Positions 46,379 to 55,450 of a stretch of 64,000 nt of DNA are shown piece after piece; the first letter of the stretch is position 1; each line of letters opens with the position of its first letter. A program made the position numbers and the translations under genes. The stretch covers positions 8,018 to 72,017 of the forward strand of contig JAFTDG010000055.1 of assembly GCA_017454325.1 (NCBI GenBank), read 5' to 3'. Source of the DNA: Desulfovibrio sp. (GTDB taxonomy: Bacteria; Desulfobacterota; Desulfovibrionia; Desulfovibrionales; Desulfovibrionaceae). The notes below the pieces were generated by a model. It had not been told where the DNA came from. It saw nothing but the letters and a program-made list of their open reading frames with translations, and searched no databases.

Positions 46379-49300
46379 ATGCGCCAAATTCCTGACATCG
46401 CTCCCGGCAATGATCCGGAAGAATATGTGCTCGATGGTGTTCGCTATGCCAATGTGCGCCAAGGTGATCAACTATGGCATATAGGAAGCATTACGCCCAC
46501 ATGGCGGCAGGAGTTACTGTCACTGCCTCCAAATCCTGAAAGAGAGAGCATAGCACGATTAGAGACACGAGGCCTTTGGCTCTCACCTGCAGGCACACCA
46601 TGCCCTCCGTTGGCAGTCATGTGCTGTGGTCTTGGTTCTGTATGGCCAGGCATGGGTCGCGAACTGTACGATAATTTTCCCGTTGCAAGAGCGGCCATGG
46701 ACCGCATTGCTGCTGTAGCAAACTGGGATATTCTCGGTCTCATGGATGAGAGAGATGCAGAAAAAATAAACCATACACGCTGGCAATGTCCCTACCTTTT
46801 TATGCTGGAATTCGCCCAGTGGAACCTGCTGCAATCCTTGGGGCTCGCACCGACCCTGATTTGCGGTCATAGCCTTGGCGAACTGATTGGTTTGTGTTTT
46901 GCGGGAGTCTATACACCTGAGGTTGCTTGGTATATTTTGGATACACGTGCCGTTCACATGGCTGAGCTGGAAACCACTGCAACCCGCGAAACCGGCATGA
47001 TGGCCGTACATGGTAGCGCCGAGGTCATTTGTGAAACGCGCAAAAATTGGCCTTCACTTTATGTCTCCAACTATAACACGCCGCAGCAGTTCATTCTTAG
47101 CGGCCCACGCGAAATGCTTCTAGAAGCTCGCAGGCATTTGCGCAAACGTCACATCCCGGCCATTGTTCTGAATGTAAGTCTGGCTTTCCACCACCCTGGC
47201 ATGCGCGTACTGCGAGATCTCTCCCTACGCCGTCTGAATGCCTTGGCAATGCATGCGCCCAAATTTCCCATGTTAAGCTGCATTACCACAGGTTTCTACC
47301 CAGAAGATCAACCGAATATTTGCCGTTATATTGCGGATCTGGATGAAAATGCTGTCCGCTGGACAGAATGTGTGCAAGCCATGTGGAAACGTGATGGCAT
47401 TCGCGTATTCCTCGAACTTGGGCCACAGGAAACACTTTGCAGCCTTGTAGCAGACAACCAATCGGATGCCTGCTGTTTCTCTGCGGGACGCAAAGGACAT
47501 GAAGTCGAGAGTCTACGTAGCACCTGCGCTCGTCTGTACTCCAAAGGCTATCTGCACAGCCCCGCCGCGTCTCGTAGAATATTTGTAAGCACACATGGGC
47601 TTGATCTCCAGCCCCCGGCCCCTCATCACAGCCCCCTGCCTCCTGACGGAGCAGAAATACTGCATACTAAAGTCTCTTTGCCACCTAAAATACCTGTTGT
47701 CCCCCCTGTCAATGCCTCGGACTCGGATAATACAAAAATAATTCCCTCGCACCCATCAACAGCACATTGCCTTGCCATAGTGACAGCTGCCATAGCCAGA
47801 GCCTGCGAACGTCCCATTGACGAACTACGGCCAGAAATGGATCTCCGTTATGACCTCGCGCTGCGTTCAAGCCGTTTCCCGCTTATTGTGCAGGATGTGG
47901 AGAAAGCGTTGGGTTGCTCTATAAATTTCGACCAGTTATTACAGGTTTCCACCATTGGTGATTTTGCCCGTATACTGTCCGGCGATAGTGCCATTGCCTC
48001 TTCCGCAATGCACAACAACCCCTTACCAGCTCAGACGGAAAAGGGGTTTACGCACCCTCTTGTTCGCTATGCGCCCCTCACTGGGTTACCCTTGAATAAT
48101 GAAAAACCGATTGTACTTCTTCCTCTTTCCCATAATTCATATGGACAAGGTTTGCCCTTGCACAAGGAAAGCGTATTGGCAGTATGGGGGCCTGACGCAC
48201 ACCTCCTGCGGCAGCTATTGCGCGGTCTTGCCCCACTGGGATGCAAGATTGGCATACCAGCAGCCTTTCTGGATGCATGCCAGCCTTTGGCAGAACTAGG
48301 CGCACGACTTATCCCGCTTGATATGCCGTTGACGCCACACGAAGCATTAACGACCGCTTCTGCGACCATAAACTCACTGTCAAAAATCAACGGCCGTCTG
48401 GACGGGATCCTGTTTGCAGTGCCTTTAGTCGGGGCAGAAGATGCTACATCATCACAAGAAAAAGCATCAGCAGACTTATTGCAAACGCTAGTCCAAGAGG
48501 GCTTTACATATGGCTTACAATTTGTCTGCTCTTGTACAGTATTACCGCCCGCTGGCGATAATTGTGTTTTTGATGGCCCACTAGCGAAGGCATTGGAAAC
48601 AAAGATTCCCTCAAATCTGGATATACGTTCCATCCGACTGTTACATGGCGGGGAACCTTGCGATCTGGAAGAATGGGGAGACATGCTAGCCCAAGAACTT
48701 ATGTACGGCACGACAGCTCGTGTTATCTGGGCACGCCCCGGCGAATTATCAGGAAACGTATTCGCGCCTATTCCGAAACCGCAATACCAACATGGTCCAC
48801 CCGCGTCATGCTTCCCTCCTATGTTTATGGATCCTGCTCCTCCCTATAATGTGACAGCTTCATTGACGCAAACCTGTTGTCATTTTTCACGTTTCGCCGA
48901 CCCTGTTTTGAACGATCACGGTGGCTGCAAAGGGGAATACCTGGACCGTTCAGATCCATGGCTCCCAGCGAGTTATGCCCTAACGGTGCTTCTGGAGGGA
49001 GCACGCTCAGTGTTACCTTGGCTTCAGCCAACAGGTTTCTGCGATATACGCTTTCACCACGTACCAACATTACCGCCGGGTATTACACGTGAATGTCGCC
49101 TTGCGGTGGAAGCGGAGCAATGGCTCACGCAAGATGGCACAATGACGCGCATGTGCCGAGGTCGACTTTCGGTACGGCAATTAACCCCAAACGGTCGACA
49201 CACACAAGACTATGCCCAAGTGATGGACGGCATGGCCTGGTTGGCACCCAAAGGAGCTATGGTGCCCCCCCTATGGATGCATACGCCTGTTTCACCTACA

Positions 49301-49780
49301 CCAATAACCATAGACCCCAGGCTCTTTTATGCTGCTGCAGGTCTTGGCTCTACATGGCGCCTGGTACGTTCTTTTACCCCACTATCGGATGATATGTTTA
49401 CTGTCACGCTATGTCTGTCAGAAACAGCGATTGCCCCCAGAAACAATTATAGTTATAATAATTATCTCTGTGTTGTGGAAGGTATATTGCAAGCAGGCAT
49501 GCTCGCACTGACGTTCAGGGATTCCAACGCATTTGCCGATGCTGTTGCCATAGCGACCCTCATAAAGCTATGGAACCTCAATGGGATAGGTTTTATCCGT
49601 TTTGGAACGTGTCGAGCGACAGGCCCGGTACATTTACTACTACGCCGTTCCTGGAACGACGGGCATCTTCTGCGTTTTGACGCACAGGCCGTGGACTGTC
49701 GGCAAAATGTCTTTCTGACAGTACACCATATTGAATTTTCCAAACGCGATCACGAAAAGTGGCGTACAACTTTTGTATGA
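46379..49780 (+). CDS. multidomain protein: FabD/PKS-type acyltransferase, carrier-protein-like domain, Rossmann-like region, and PKS-type double-hotdog dehydratase. No ketosynthase.
   Basis: AT domain: GHSLGE (Ser165, nt 46871-46873), NYNTPQQFILSG and AFHHPGM. Carrier-like helix DLRYDLALRSSRF...STIGDFARIL (aa ~462-535). Dehydratase: LNDH (His847, nt 48917-48919) plus PWLPASYALTVLLEGA, and VVEGILQAG in the second half. Confidence 0.8.
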   Translation: MRQIPDIAPGNDPEEYVLDGVRYANVRQGDQLWHIGSITPTWRQELLSLPPNPERESIARLETRGLWLSPAGTPCPPLAVMCCGLGSVWPGMGRELYDNFPVARAAMDRIAAVANWDILGLMDERDAEKINHTRWQCPYLFMLEFAQWNLLQSLGLAPTLICGHSLGELIGLCFAGVYTPEVAWYILDTRAVHMAELETTATRETGMMAVHGSAEVICETRKNWPSLYVSNYNTPQQFILSGPREMLLEARRHLRKRHIPAIVLNVSLAFHHPGMRVLRDLSLRRLNALAMHAPKFPMLSCITTGFYPEDQPNICRYIADLDENAVRWTECVQAMWKRDGIRVFLELGPQETLCSLVADNQSDACCFSAGRKGHEVESLRSTCARLYSKGYLHSPAASRRIFVSTHGLDLQPPAPHHSPLPPDGAEILHTKVSLPPKIPVVPPVNASDSDNTKIIPSHPSTAHCLAIVTAAIARACERPIDELRPEMDLRYDLALRSSRFPLIVQDVEKALGCSINFDQLLQVSTIGDFARILSGDSAIASSAMHNNPLPAQTEKGFTHPLVRYAPLTGLPLNNEKPIVLLPLSHNSYGQGLPLHKESVLAVWGPDAHLLRQLLRGLAPLGCKIGIPAAFLDACQPLAELGARLIPLDMPLTPHEALTTASATINSLSKINGRLDGILFAVPLVGAEDATSSQEKASADLLQTLVQEGFTYGLQFVCSCTVLPPAGDNCVFDGPLAKALETKIPSNLDIRSIRLLHGGEPCDLEEWGDMLAQELMYGTTARVIWARPGELSGNVFAPIPKPQYQHGPPASCFPPMFMDPAPPYNVTASLTQTCCHFSRFADPVLNDHGGCKGEYLDRSDPWLPASYALTVLLEGARSVLPWLQPTGFCDIRFHHVPTLPPGITRECRLAVEAEQWLTQDGTMTRMCRGRLSVRQLTPNGRHTQDYAQVMDGMAWLAPKGAMVPPLWMHTPVSPTPITIDPRLFYAAAGLGSTWRLVRSFTPLSDDMFTVTLCLSETAIAPRNNYSYNNYLCVVEGILQAGMLALTFRDSNAFADAVAIATLIKLWNLNGIGFIRFGTCRATGPVHLLLRRSWNDGHLLRFDAQAVDCRQNVFLTVHHIEFSKRDHEKWRTTFV

Positions 49781-49829
49781 CACGTTAGGCATTTCACACA
49801 GTCTGCCAAAGCATTATAAAGGTTTTTCC

Positions 49830-51293
49830 ATGCTCAACACGCATACCTTACATATGTACAATCTGATTTGCTTATTACCGCTCATCTTGAGTGTTGCTCT
49901 TGTCGGCTGTTCCAGCAAGGCGGGAATCAAATCACCTGAATTGCCTGCTAAGCACTGGTTAGAAGAAGCGCCAGGCGTGCCAGTGGAAAACAAGTCCAAA
50001 CTTGAGGCTGTATTGCCCAACCTATATAATCCACAAAAAAATTTTTCGTTTGAAGATTGTGTCTTTCTGACAATCCAACAGTCTCCTCAGTTGGTCAACA
50101 GCGCCGTAGAAATTGAGATCAAACGGCTTGCTCAAACTAACGCAGTCCTTAAATATCTACCTGAGCCCCGGATAGCACTGACCGTTTCCAACAACATCAC
50201 TCGTTACAATATGAACACGCGTGATACCCCTAATGACTATGGACAACCCAAAGCACATATAGGTTTTTATGCGCCTTTTCCCAACCCAGTTGCAACGTAT
50301 TTTGAACACCAGGCACAGAAAGCCATGGTAAATGTCGCCATCTCGACCCACCGCAAGGCAGTGGGCACAGCTATCCGAGAGATAGCACAGGCATACCTCA
50401 AATTGCAGGCACGTCAAAAAATTGTGGAGGCGCAAAAAGCCCTGCTCCCCCTGGGTAAAGAGCTGATCGCCTATTGGAAACAGGTAGAAAATATTGAAGG
50501 CCGTCAAGGTGTGTCTCTGAACGCAGCCATGCAGCATCAGCGTGAATTGGAGTTAGAGCTGGAACAAAGCAAAATGCAGGAGACCATGCAACGCACTCAG
50601 CTCAAAATCCTTGCTGGGGTTGAACCGCAGCAACGTTTTGCTGTGGATACCAAGAGTGCTGATACCATTCTTCAAGGTTTCGACGGGCGTAAACTCACAT
50701 GGGAAGAACGCTGGCCAGCTACAGAAGACGAGCTTTTGTTGCGTGCGCAGGTACTGTTGGCAGACTACAATATTATGCTGGCTTGGGCTCAGTATGTGCC
50801 TGATATGTCCATCCACCTAAATCAGTCTCCACCGTCAGGCCAGTATCAACCAACACACGGCACAGATGATACCTTTTTGCATCTGAATTTTGATTTCCCG
50901 CTCATCGACTGGGGTCGTCGCCATCGTGGAGTTCAGACAGCACGTATGCAGAAAGCACAGGCTTTTCACGATATAGCCCGCAAGCGCACAGACTACTCAA
51001 ATAAATGGTTACAAGCCGAACAAAATGTTACCCTTGCGGAAACACAGCTCAAACTGGCCAAAACACGTTTCGACACGGCCGACATGCGCTTCAAGGAGGC
51101 TAGTATCTCCTTCAAAGAAGGACTTGTGGAACTGCCTTTCCTGGCAGAAGCGCAGGAAAATATGGTGAAGGCCCGGATAGCCCATATTATGGCCGAGCTT
51201 GATTACAACCTGGCGAAGTTGGGCTGGATGTTTGTAGCGAATGTGCTACAGGAACGCTTTCTGGGGTTGCCTGCCAAGGAGGTGGTGCAATAA
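49830..51293 (+). CDS. TolC/NodT-type outer-membrane efflux lipoprotein
   Basis: Lipobox SVALVGCSS. Two-repeat OEP-like helical/beta pattern. ATG 49830. The track ORF extension overlaps the upstream gene. Confidence 0.7.
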   Translation: MLNTHTLHMYNLICLLPLILSVALVGCSSKAGIKSPELPAKHWLEEAPGVPVENKSKLEAVLPNLYNPQKNFSFEDCVFLTIQQSPQLVNSAVEIEIKRLAQTNAVLKYLPEPRIALTVSNNITRYNMNTRDTPNDYGQPKAHIGFYAPFPNPVATYFEHQAQKAMVNVAISTHRKAVGTAIREIAQAYLKLQARQKIVEAQKALLPLGKELIAYWKQVENIEGRQGVSLNAAMQHQRELELELEQSKMQETMQRTQLKILAGVEPQQRFAVDTKSADTILQGFDGRKLTWEERWPATEDELLLRAQVLLADYNIMLAWAQYVPDMSIHLNQSPPSGQYQPTHGTDDTFLHLNFDFPLIDWGRRHRGVQTARMQKAQAFHDIARKRTDYSNKWLQAEQNVTLAETQLKLAKTRFDTADMRFKEASISFKEGLVELPFLAEAQENMVKARIAHIMAELDYNLAKLGWMFVANVLQERFLGLPAKEVVQ

Positions 51294-52222
51294 TGATGTC
51301 TATATCTCTTTCTCGCAGAATGCGACATCCACTCCTTGCAGTGCTAACATGTTCACTCTCTGTTATGCTTTTTTCAGCGCCACTTACTGCAGCCGAAAAC
51401 GGAACTATTCTTACCGGTAAGGTGGTTACCACAGTAACGCGTGCTGTGCCCCTACCCTTCCACGCTGTAGTTGACGAAGTACTGGTTAAACCTGGTACAC
51501 CCGTTTCCAAAGGCACGCCGCTTTTGCGTTATCATCTTCAAGACGAGGCTGAACGAGCACTGCAACGTGAAGTGACTTCAGGTGCCGGTACTGAAGGACT
51601 ACGAGGGCAGGTATTAAATCTTGAACGTGAATTGACCGAGGCCGCAGCCCAGCGTAACAAAGCCCGCCAGCTGGCTGCTTCAGGCCTTGGCTCGTCACAG
51701 GCTTCCAACCGCCAAGAAAGCGTTGTAAAGTCTCTTCGTGAACGCATAGAACTGCTGCGTATAACCATAGACAAACAGGAACGGAATTTTGCCCTGCGCC
51801 TTGAGGAGCTAAGCAAACATTTTGCTACCACCATTAAGGCAGGAGAGACTCTGCCTGACACGCTGACACTGACCTCACCCATTGATGGGTATGTCCTCTT
51901 TCTGGATGTTGCACTCAACCCGGGTTCACTATTGCCCGGAGGAAGTACGCCCATAAGTGTCGGCAAACTTGACCCGGTGCTTATTCAGGTACCTGTTTAC
52001 GAAGCAGAGATCAGCGGCATCAAGGAAGGTGATGCTGTTGTGGTGGAAATTCCCTCACTGCATGACAAGAAATTTAAGGGAACAGTAAATGAGATTTCTT
52101 GGGTCTCCAACGACATGAACGTATCCACCCCATCGTATTATACGGTGGAGGTTACTGTGCCCAACCCCAACCTCGAACTCAAGCCTGGCTTCAAGGCGGT
52201 AGTGCGTTTTACGGGCAAATAA
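51293..52222 (+). CDS. HlyD-family periplasmic adaptor (membrane fusion protein)
   Basis: Signal/anchor sequence, lipoyl-like VDEVLVKPGTPVSKGTPLLRY, a coiled-coil hairpin of about 90 aa, SPIDGYV, and a beta-barrel C-terminus. TAATG overlap with the OMF gene. Confidence 0.75.
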   Translation: MMSISLSRRMRHPLLAVLTCSLSVMLFSAPLTAAENGTILTGKVVTTVTRAVPLPFHAVVDEVLVKPGTPVSKGTPLLRYHLQDEAERALQREVTSGAGTEGLRGQVLNLERELTEAAAQRNKARQLAASGLGSSQASNRQESVVKSLRERIELLRITIDKQERNFALRLEELSKHFATTIKAGETLPDTLTLTSPIDGYVLFLDVALNPGSLLPGGSTPISVGKLDPVLIQVPVYEAEISGIKEGDAVVVEIPSLHDKKFKGTVNEISWVSNDMNVSTPSYYTVEVTVPNPNLELKPGFKAVVRFTGK

Positions 52223-52231
52223 GGCCCTGGA

Positions 52232-53665
52232 ATGAAGCTAAAAAGCATCCCTCGCCGGCTGGGCTTCATTCTGGGTGCGCAGTGGACGCGCGATTTAGCA
52301 TGGACCGTCTTTACCATCCTTCTGGCACGTCGTAGTCCAGATATTCTTGGGCAGATTGTTCTGGCGCTTACATTCGGTTATTTGGTCAAAACCGTTGCCG
52401 ATGTAGGGTTGAATGATTTTTTACTGTCCACTTTTGCACGCAGGGAGGGGCACCCCCGGGCCCTTCTGGGCGAAGTGACTTGGCTCAAGTTGGCCGTCTT
52501 ATTGCTGGCATTGGGAGTAACATGGCTCATCACCGGCTGGCAGGGCTATACACCTGAATTGCGCCTGGTAGTCATGTGTATCGCCGCTGGTCTAGGACTG
52601 GACGGCGTGAGTGATTCCTTCTTTGCGCTGTGCCAGGCACGGGGCCGTCAGGATGTGGAAATGCGCATCCGCATCCCCTCCGCACTTCTGGGGCTTGGTT
52701 TCGGCATTGCCTGTGTGCTGCTGGACGCTCCGCCCCTTGTCATTGCCCTCTACAAAGTGATTGAATCACTGCTCTGCATTGCCTTTGCCCTTGCTGCTCT
52801 GGAGCGCAATCCTCTTGCTGGCGTGGGCCTTGCTGGAATGAAGGATCTTGCACACCAGATGAAAAACGGCCTTGTTTTCACCTGCATGGCAGCCTGCGCT
52901 ATGTTTTATAATAAAATCAACGTGATTTTTCTCAAACAATACGGTGGTAATGCCGACGTAGGTGGTTACGGAGTCGCCTGGGAAACCGTGGAAGGTCTAT
53001 CGGTTCTCGTTTCGGGAGCACTCCTTGGCAAGGTAATCTTTCCACTGCTGGCACAATATTGGCAGCAGGACAGAAATGCCTTCCAGCAACTAGCTGGACA
53101 GACCGCACGTTCGCTATGGGCAGCGGCCTTGCCAATCATTTTTTTGATTTGTGTAGAAAGCGACCGTTTTTTACCACTGGTCTATGGTGAAAACTACCAG
53201 TCAGCCGTAACTGCACAACGACTGCTCACGCCATGCCTCGCCACGGCATTTCTGCACAATCTGGCAGCCTACGCTATGATAGGTATGCGCCGGCACCATC
53301 TGTTACTCGTCTTTTACTGCAGTGGCCTTGTTTGCAATCTGATCTGCTGCATGACGCTTATCCCTCGTATGCCACTGGAAGGTGCTGCCCTGTCTTTAAC
53401 CATAACCAAAGTGTTTGTGGCTGTGCTGACTGTAGGTTTTTTTCAATACACAGCACACCCCATGTCGTTCTGCCAATGGCTGTGCATGCTTCTTACTGCC
53501 TCCATCAGCGTGACCCTATGGTGGAGTGTGAACTATATAGCTCCACGTGAAGTCGCAGAGCTGTGCGGCCTTGCACCACTGTTAGTACTCTTCTGGTACT
53601 GGCGGCCACCACCTCCCTTCGAATCATCGACACCTAAAAACAATGACAAGACTTGCACTGCCTGA
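52232..53665 (+). CDS. MOP-superfamily (Wzx-like) oligo/polysaccharide flippase
   Basis: 477 aa with a 12-14 TM profile and N-terminal and central patterns typical of polysaccharide biosynthesis/flippase proteins. It starts 9 nt after the adaptor gene. Confidence 0.65.
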   Translation: MKLKSIPRRLGFILGAQWTRDLAWTVFTILLARRSPDILGQIVLALTFGYLVKTVADVGLNDFLLSTFARREGHPRALLGEVTWLKLAVLLLALGVTWLITGWQGYTPELRLVVMCIAAGLGLDGVSDSFFALCQARGRQDVEMRIRIPSALLGLGFGIACVLLDAPPLVIALYKVIESLLCIAFALAALERNPLAGVGLAGMKDLAHQMKNGLVFTCMAACAMFYNKINVIFLKQYGGNADVGGYGVAWETVEGLSVLVSGALLGKVIFPLLAQYWQQDRNAFQQLAGQTARSLWAAALPIIFLICVESDRFLPLVYGENYQSAVTAQRLLTPCLATAFLHNLAAYAMIGMRRHHLLLVFYCSGLVCNLICCMTLIPRMPLEGAALSLTITKVFVAVLTVGFFQYTAHPMSFCQWLCMLLTASISVTLWWSVNYIAPREVAELCGLAPLLVLFWYWRPPPPFESSTPKNNDKTCTA

Positions 53666-53672
53666 CAAGTTC

Positions 53673-54224
53673 TCACGGTCTGTCCTTTATTCCTGGGGCA
53701 ACAGGGCTGAAAAACTTCTCTATAGCCGCATGTTCCAACTGTAATAATTTGTATTTTCTGTCTATACCACCTGTGTAGCCAATGAGATGACCATTTTTCC
53801 CTACAACACGATGGCAAGGGATGATAATGGAGATTCCATTGTGGCTCACAGCTCCGCCAACAGCTTGCGCTGACATGCTTTGCATCCCCCGTTTTTTTGC
53901 GATGTTATCTGCGAGAAGGCCGTAGCAGACGGTCTTCCCGTATGGAATTTGCTGAAGCAGATGCCAAACACAAAGGCGAAATTCTGTACCAATTATATGA
54001 AGATGTGGTGTAAAATCAGGGCGTTTGCCAGAAAAGTATATATCCAGCCAACGTTTCGTTTCCACGATTACCGGAGTTTCCCTTACCCCGTGTTCTGTAT
54101 TGAAGCTAACAGGGGAATTTTTTGTCCCTTCAAACCATACTTCAGTCAGCCCCACGGCATCGGCAGTGAGATAAATCAACCCAAGAGGCGATTGATATGT
54201 GGACTTAACGCGCTTTGCCACCAT
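53673..54224 (-). CDS. ogt: methylated-DNA--protein-cysteine methyltransferase
   Basis: IIIPCHRVV active site and the YGGG-type helix-turn-wing context. Confidence 0.9.
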   Translation of the reverse strand: MVAKRVKSTYQSPLGLIYLTADAVGLTEVWFEGTKNSPVSFNTEHGVRETPVIVETKRWLDIYFSGKRPDFTPHLHIIGTEFRLCVWHLLQQIPYGKTVCYGLLADNIAKKRGMQSMSAQAVGGAVSHNGISIIIPCHRVVGKNGHLIGYTGGIDRKYKLLQLEHAAIEKFFSPVAPGIKDRP

Positions 54225-54391
54225 ACGTTCCCCCCGTCAGACCAATCACAACTGAAAAAACTACAAATCGCTCTAACACGATAACATGTATTCATAATCC
54301 CCCTACTCGATCTACACACGACACAAGTGTGCCATCAATCCCTTCGGCATGGCATTAAAATAATAGCTCCGAACAAAACCCCACCAATAGA

Positions 54392-55450
54392 TTAGGAAGG
54401 GCAGATGGCGGCTTTAAGCTGACCACAAGCAGCCTTGATATCCTGCCCCTTACTTTTGCGAACTATGGCCGTGATGTGACGTTTCCATAGGATCTGCTCA
54501 AAGGCCAGCACGCGGTCTTCACTGGGGGCTGTATATGGTGCGCCTTCTGCAGGATTATATACGATAAGGTTGAGCTTCCCCTTAACTGTGCTCACCAGTC
54601 GCGCTAATTCCCTTGCATGTTCTGGACCGTCGTTGATACCCCCCAACAGCAGATATTCAAAAGTTATGCGTTCGCGTGTCTTTAGGGGATACTGTTCAAG
54701 CGCACACAGCATATCTTCAAGAGGCCAGCGTGCGGCCTTTGGCATAATGCGTGCTCGCAGTACTTGAGTTGGAGCATGCAGAGAAACAGCCAAATATGCC
54801 AGCCCGCTATCTCCCAGCTCACGCAGGCCCTTTTCAATGCCACAGGTAGATACTGTAATACGGCGTGGAGAAAAGTTCAGTCCCTTGTCGTTATTCAAAC
54901 TGTGCAGAGAACGCATCACTTCACGCAGGTTGAGAAGAGGTTCTCCCATGCCCATAAAAACCAAATTTCTTAACACGGGATGATCTGGTCTGGCATCGCC
55001 CAGATATGCTCGTGCAACCAATACTTGCCCTAAAATTTCCCCCATAGTCATGTTGCGCTCAAAACCCATCTGACCGGTAGAGCAAAAAGTACATGCCATG
55101 GCACAGCCCACTTGCGAGGAGAGACACTGCGTCCAGCGACGCGAGCCCTCACGTGAGTCAGAAGGAATCAAAACGGTTTCCACCTGCTTGCCGTCTGCCA
55201 AGCGCAAGAGAAACTTCGTTGTACCATCACGACTTTCTTCAACAGCAGTAACCTCCGGCCAAACAATGCATGCAACTGCGGCCAGGCGTTCCCGACAAGA
55301 CTTGGAAACATTAGTCATGCTATCAAAATCACGAGCCATTTTCTGCCAAAGCCACTGCCATACCTGCGTTGCACGAAAAATGGGCTCGCCAAGTTCTTCT
55401 GTCATCCAAGTTTCCAGCTCATTCAGGGTCATATCCAGAAGATTGATCAC
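54392..55450 (-). CDS. rlmN: 23S rRNA/tRNA adenine-C2 methyltransferase (radical SAM)
   Basis: CAMACTFCSTG radical-SAM cluster, MGMGEPL, and the C-terminal GQDIKAACGQL motif. GTG start overlaps the upstream gene's stop (GTGA). Confidence 0.95.
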   Translation of the reverse strand: MINLLDMTLNELETWMTEELGEPIFRATQVWQWLWQKMARDFDSMTNVSKSCRERLAAVACIVWPEVTAVEESRDGTTKFLLRLADGKQVETVLIPSDSREGSRRWTQCLSSQVGCAMACTFCSTGQMGFERNMTMGEILGQVLVARAYLGDARPDHPVLRNLVFMGMGEPLLNLREVMRSLHSLNNDKGLNFSPRRITVSTCGIEKGLRELGDSGLAYLAVSLHAPTQVLRARIMPKAARWPLEDMLCALEQYPLKTRERITFEYLLLGGINDGPEHARELARLVSTVKGKLNLIVYNPAEGAPYTAPSEDRVLAFEQILWKRHITAIVRKSKGQDIKAACGQLKAAICPS

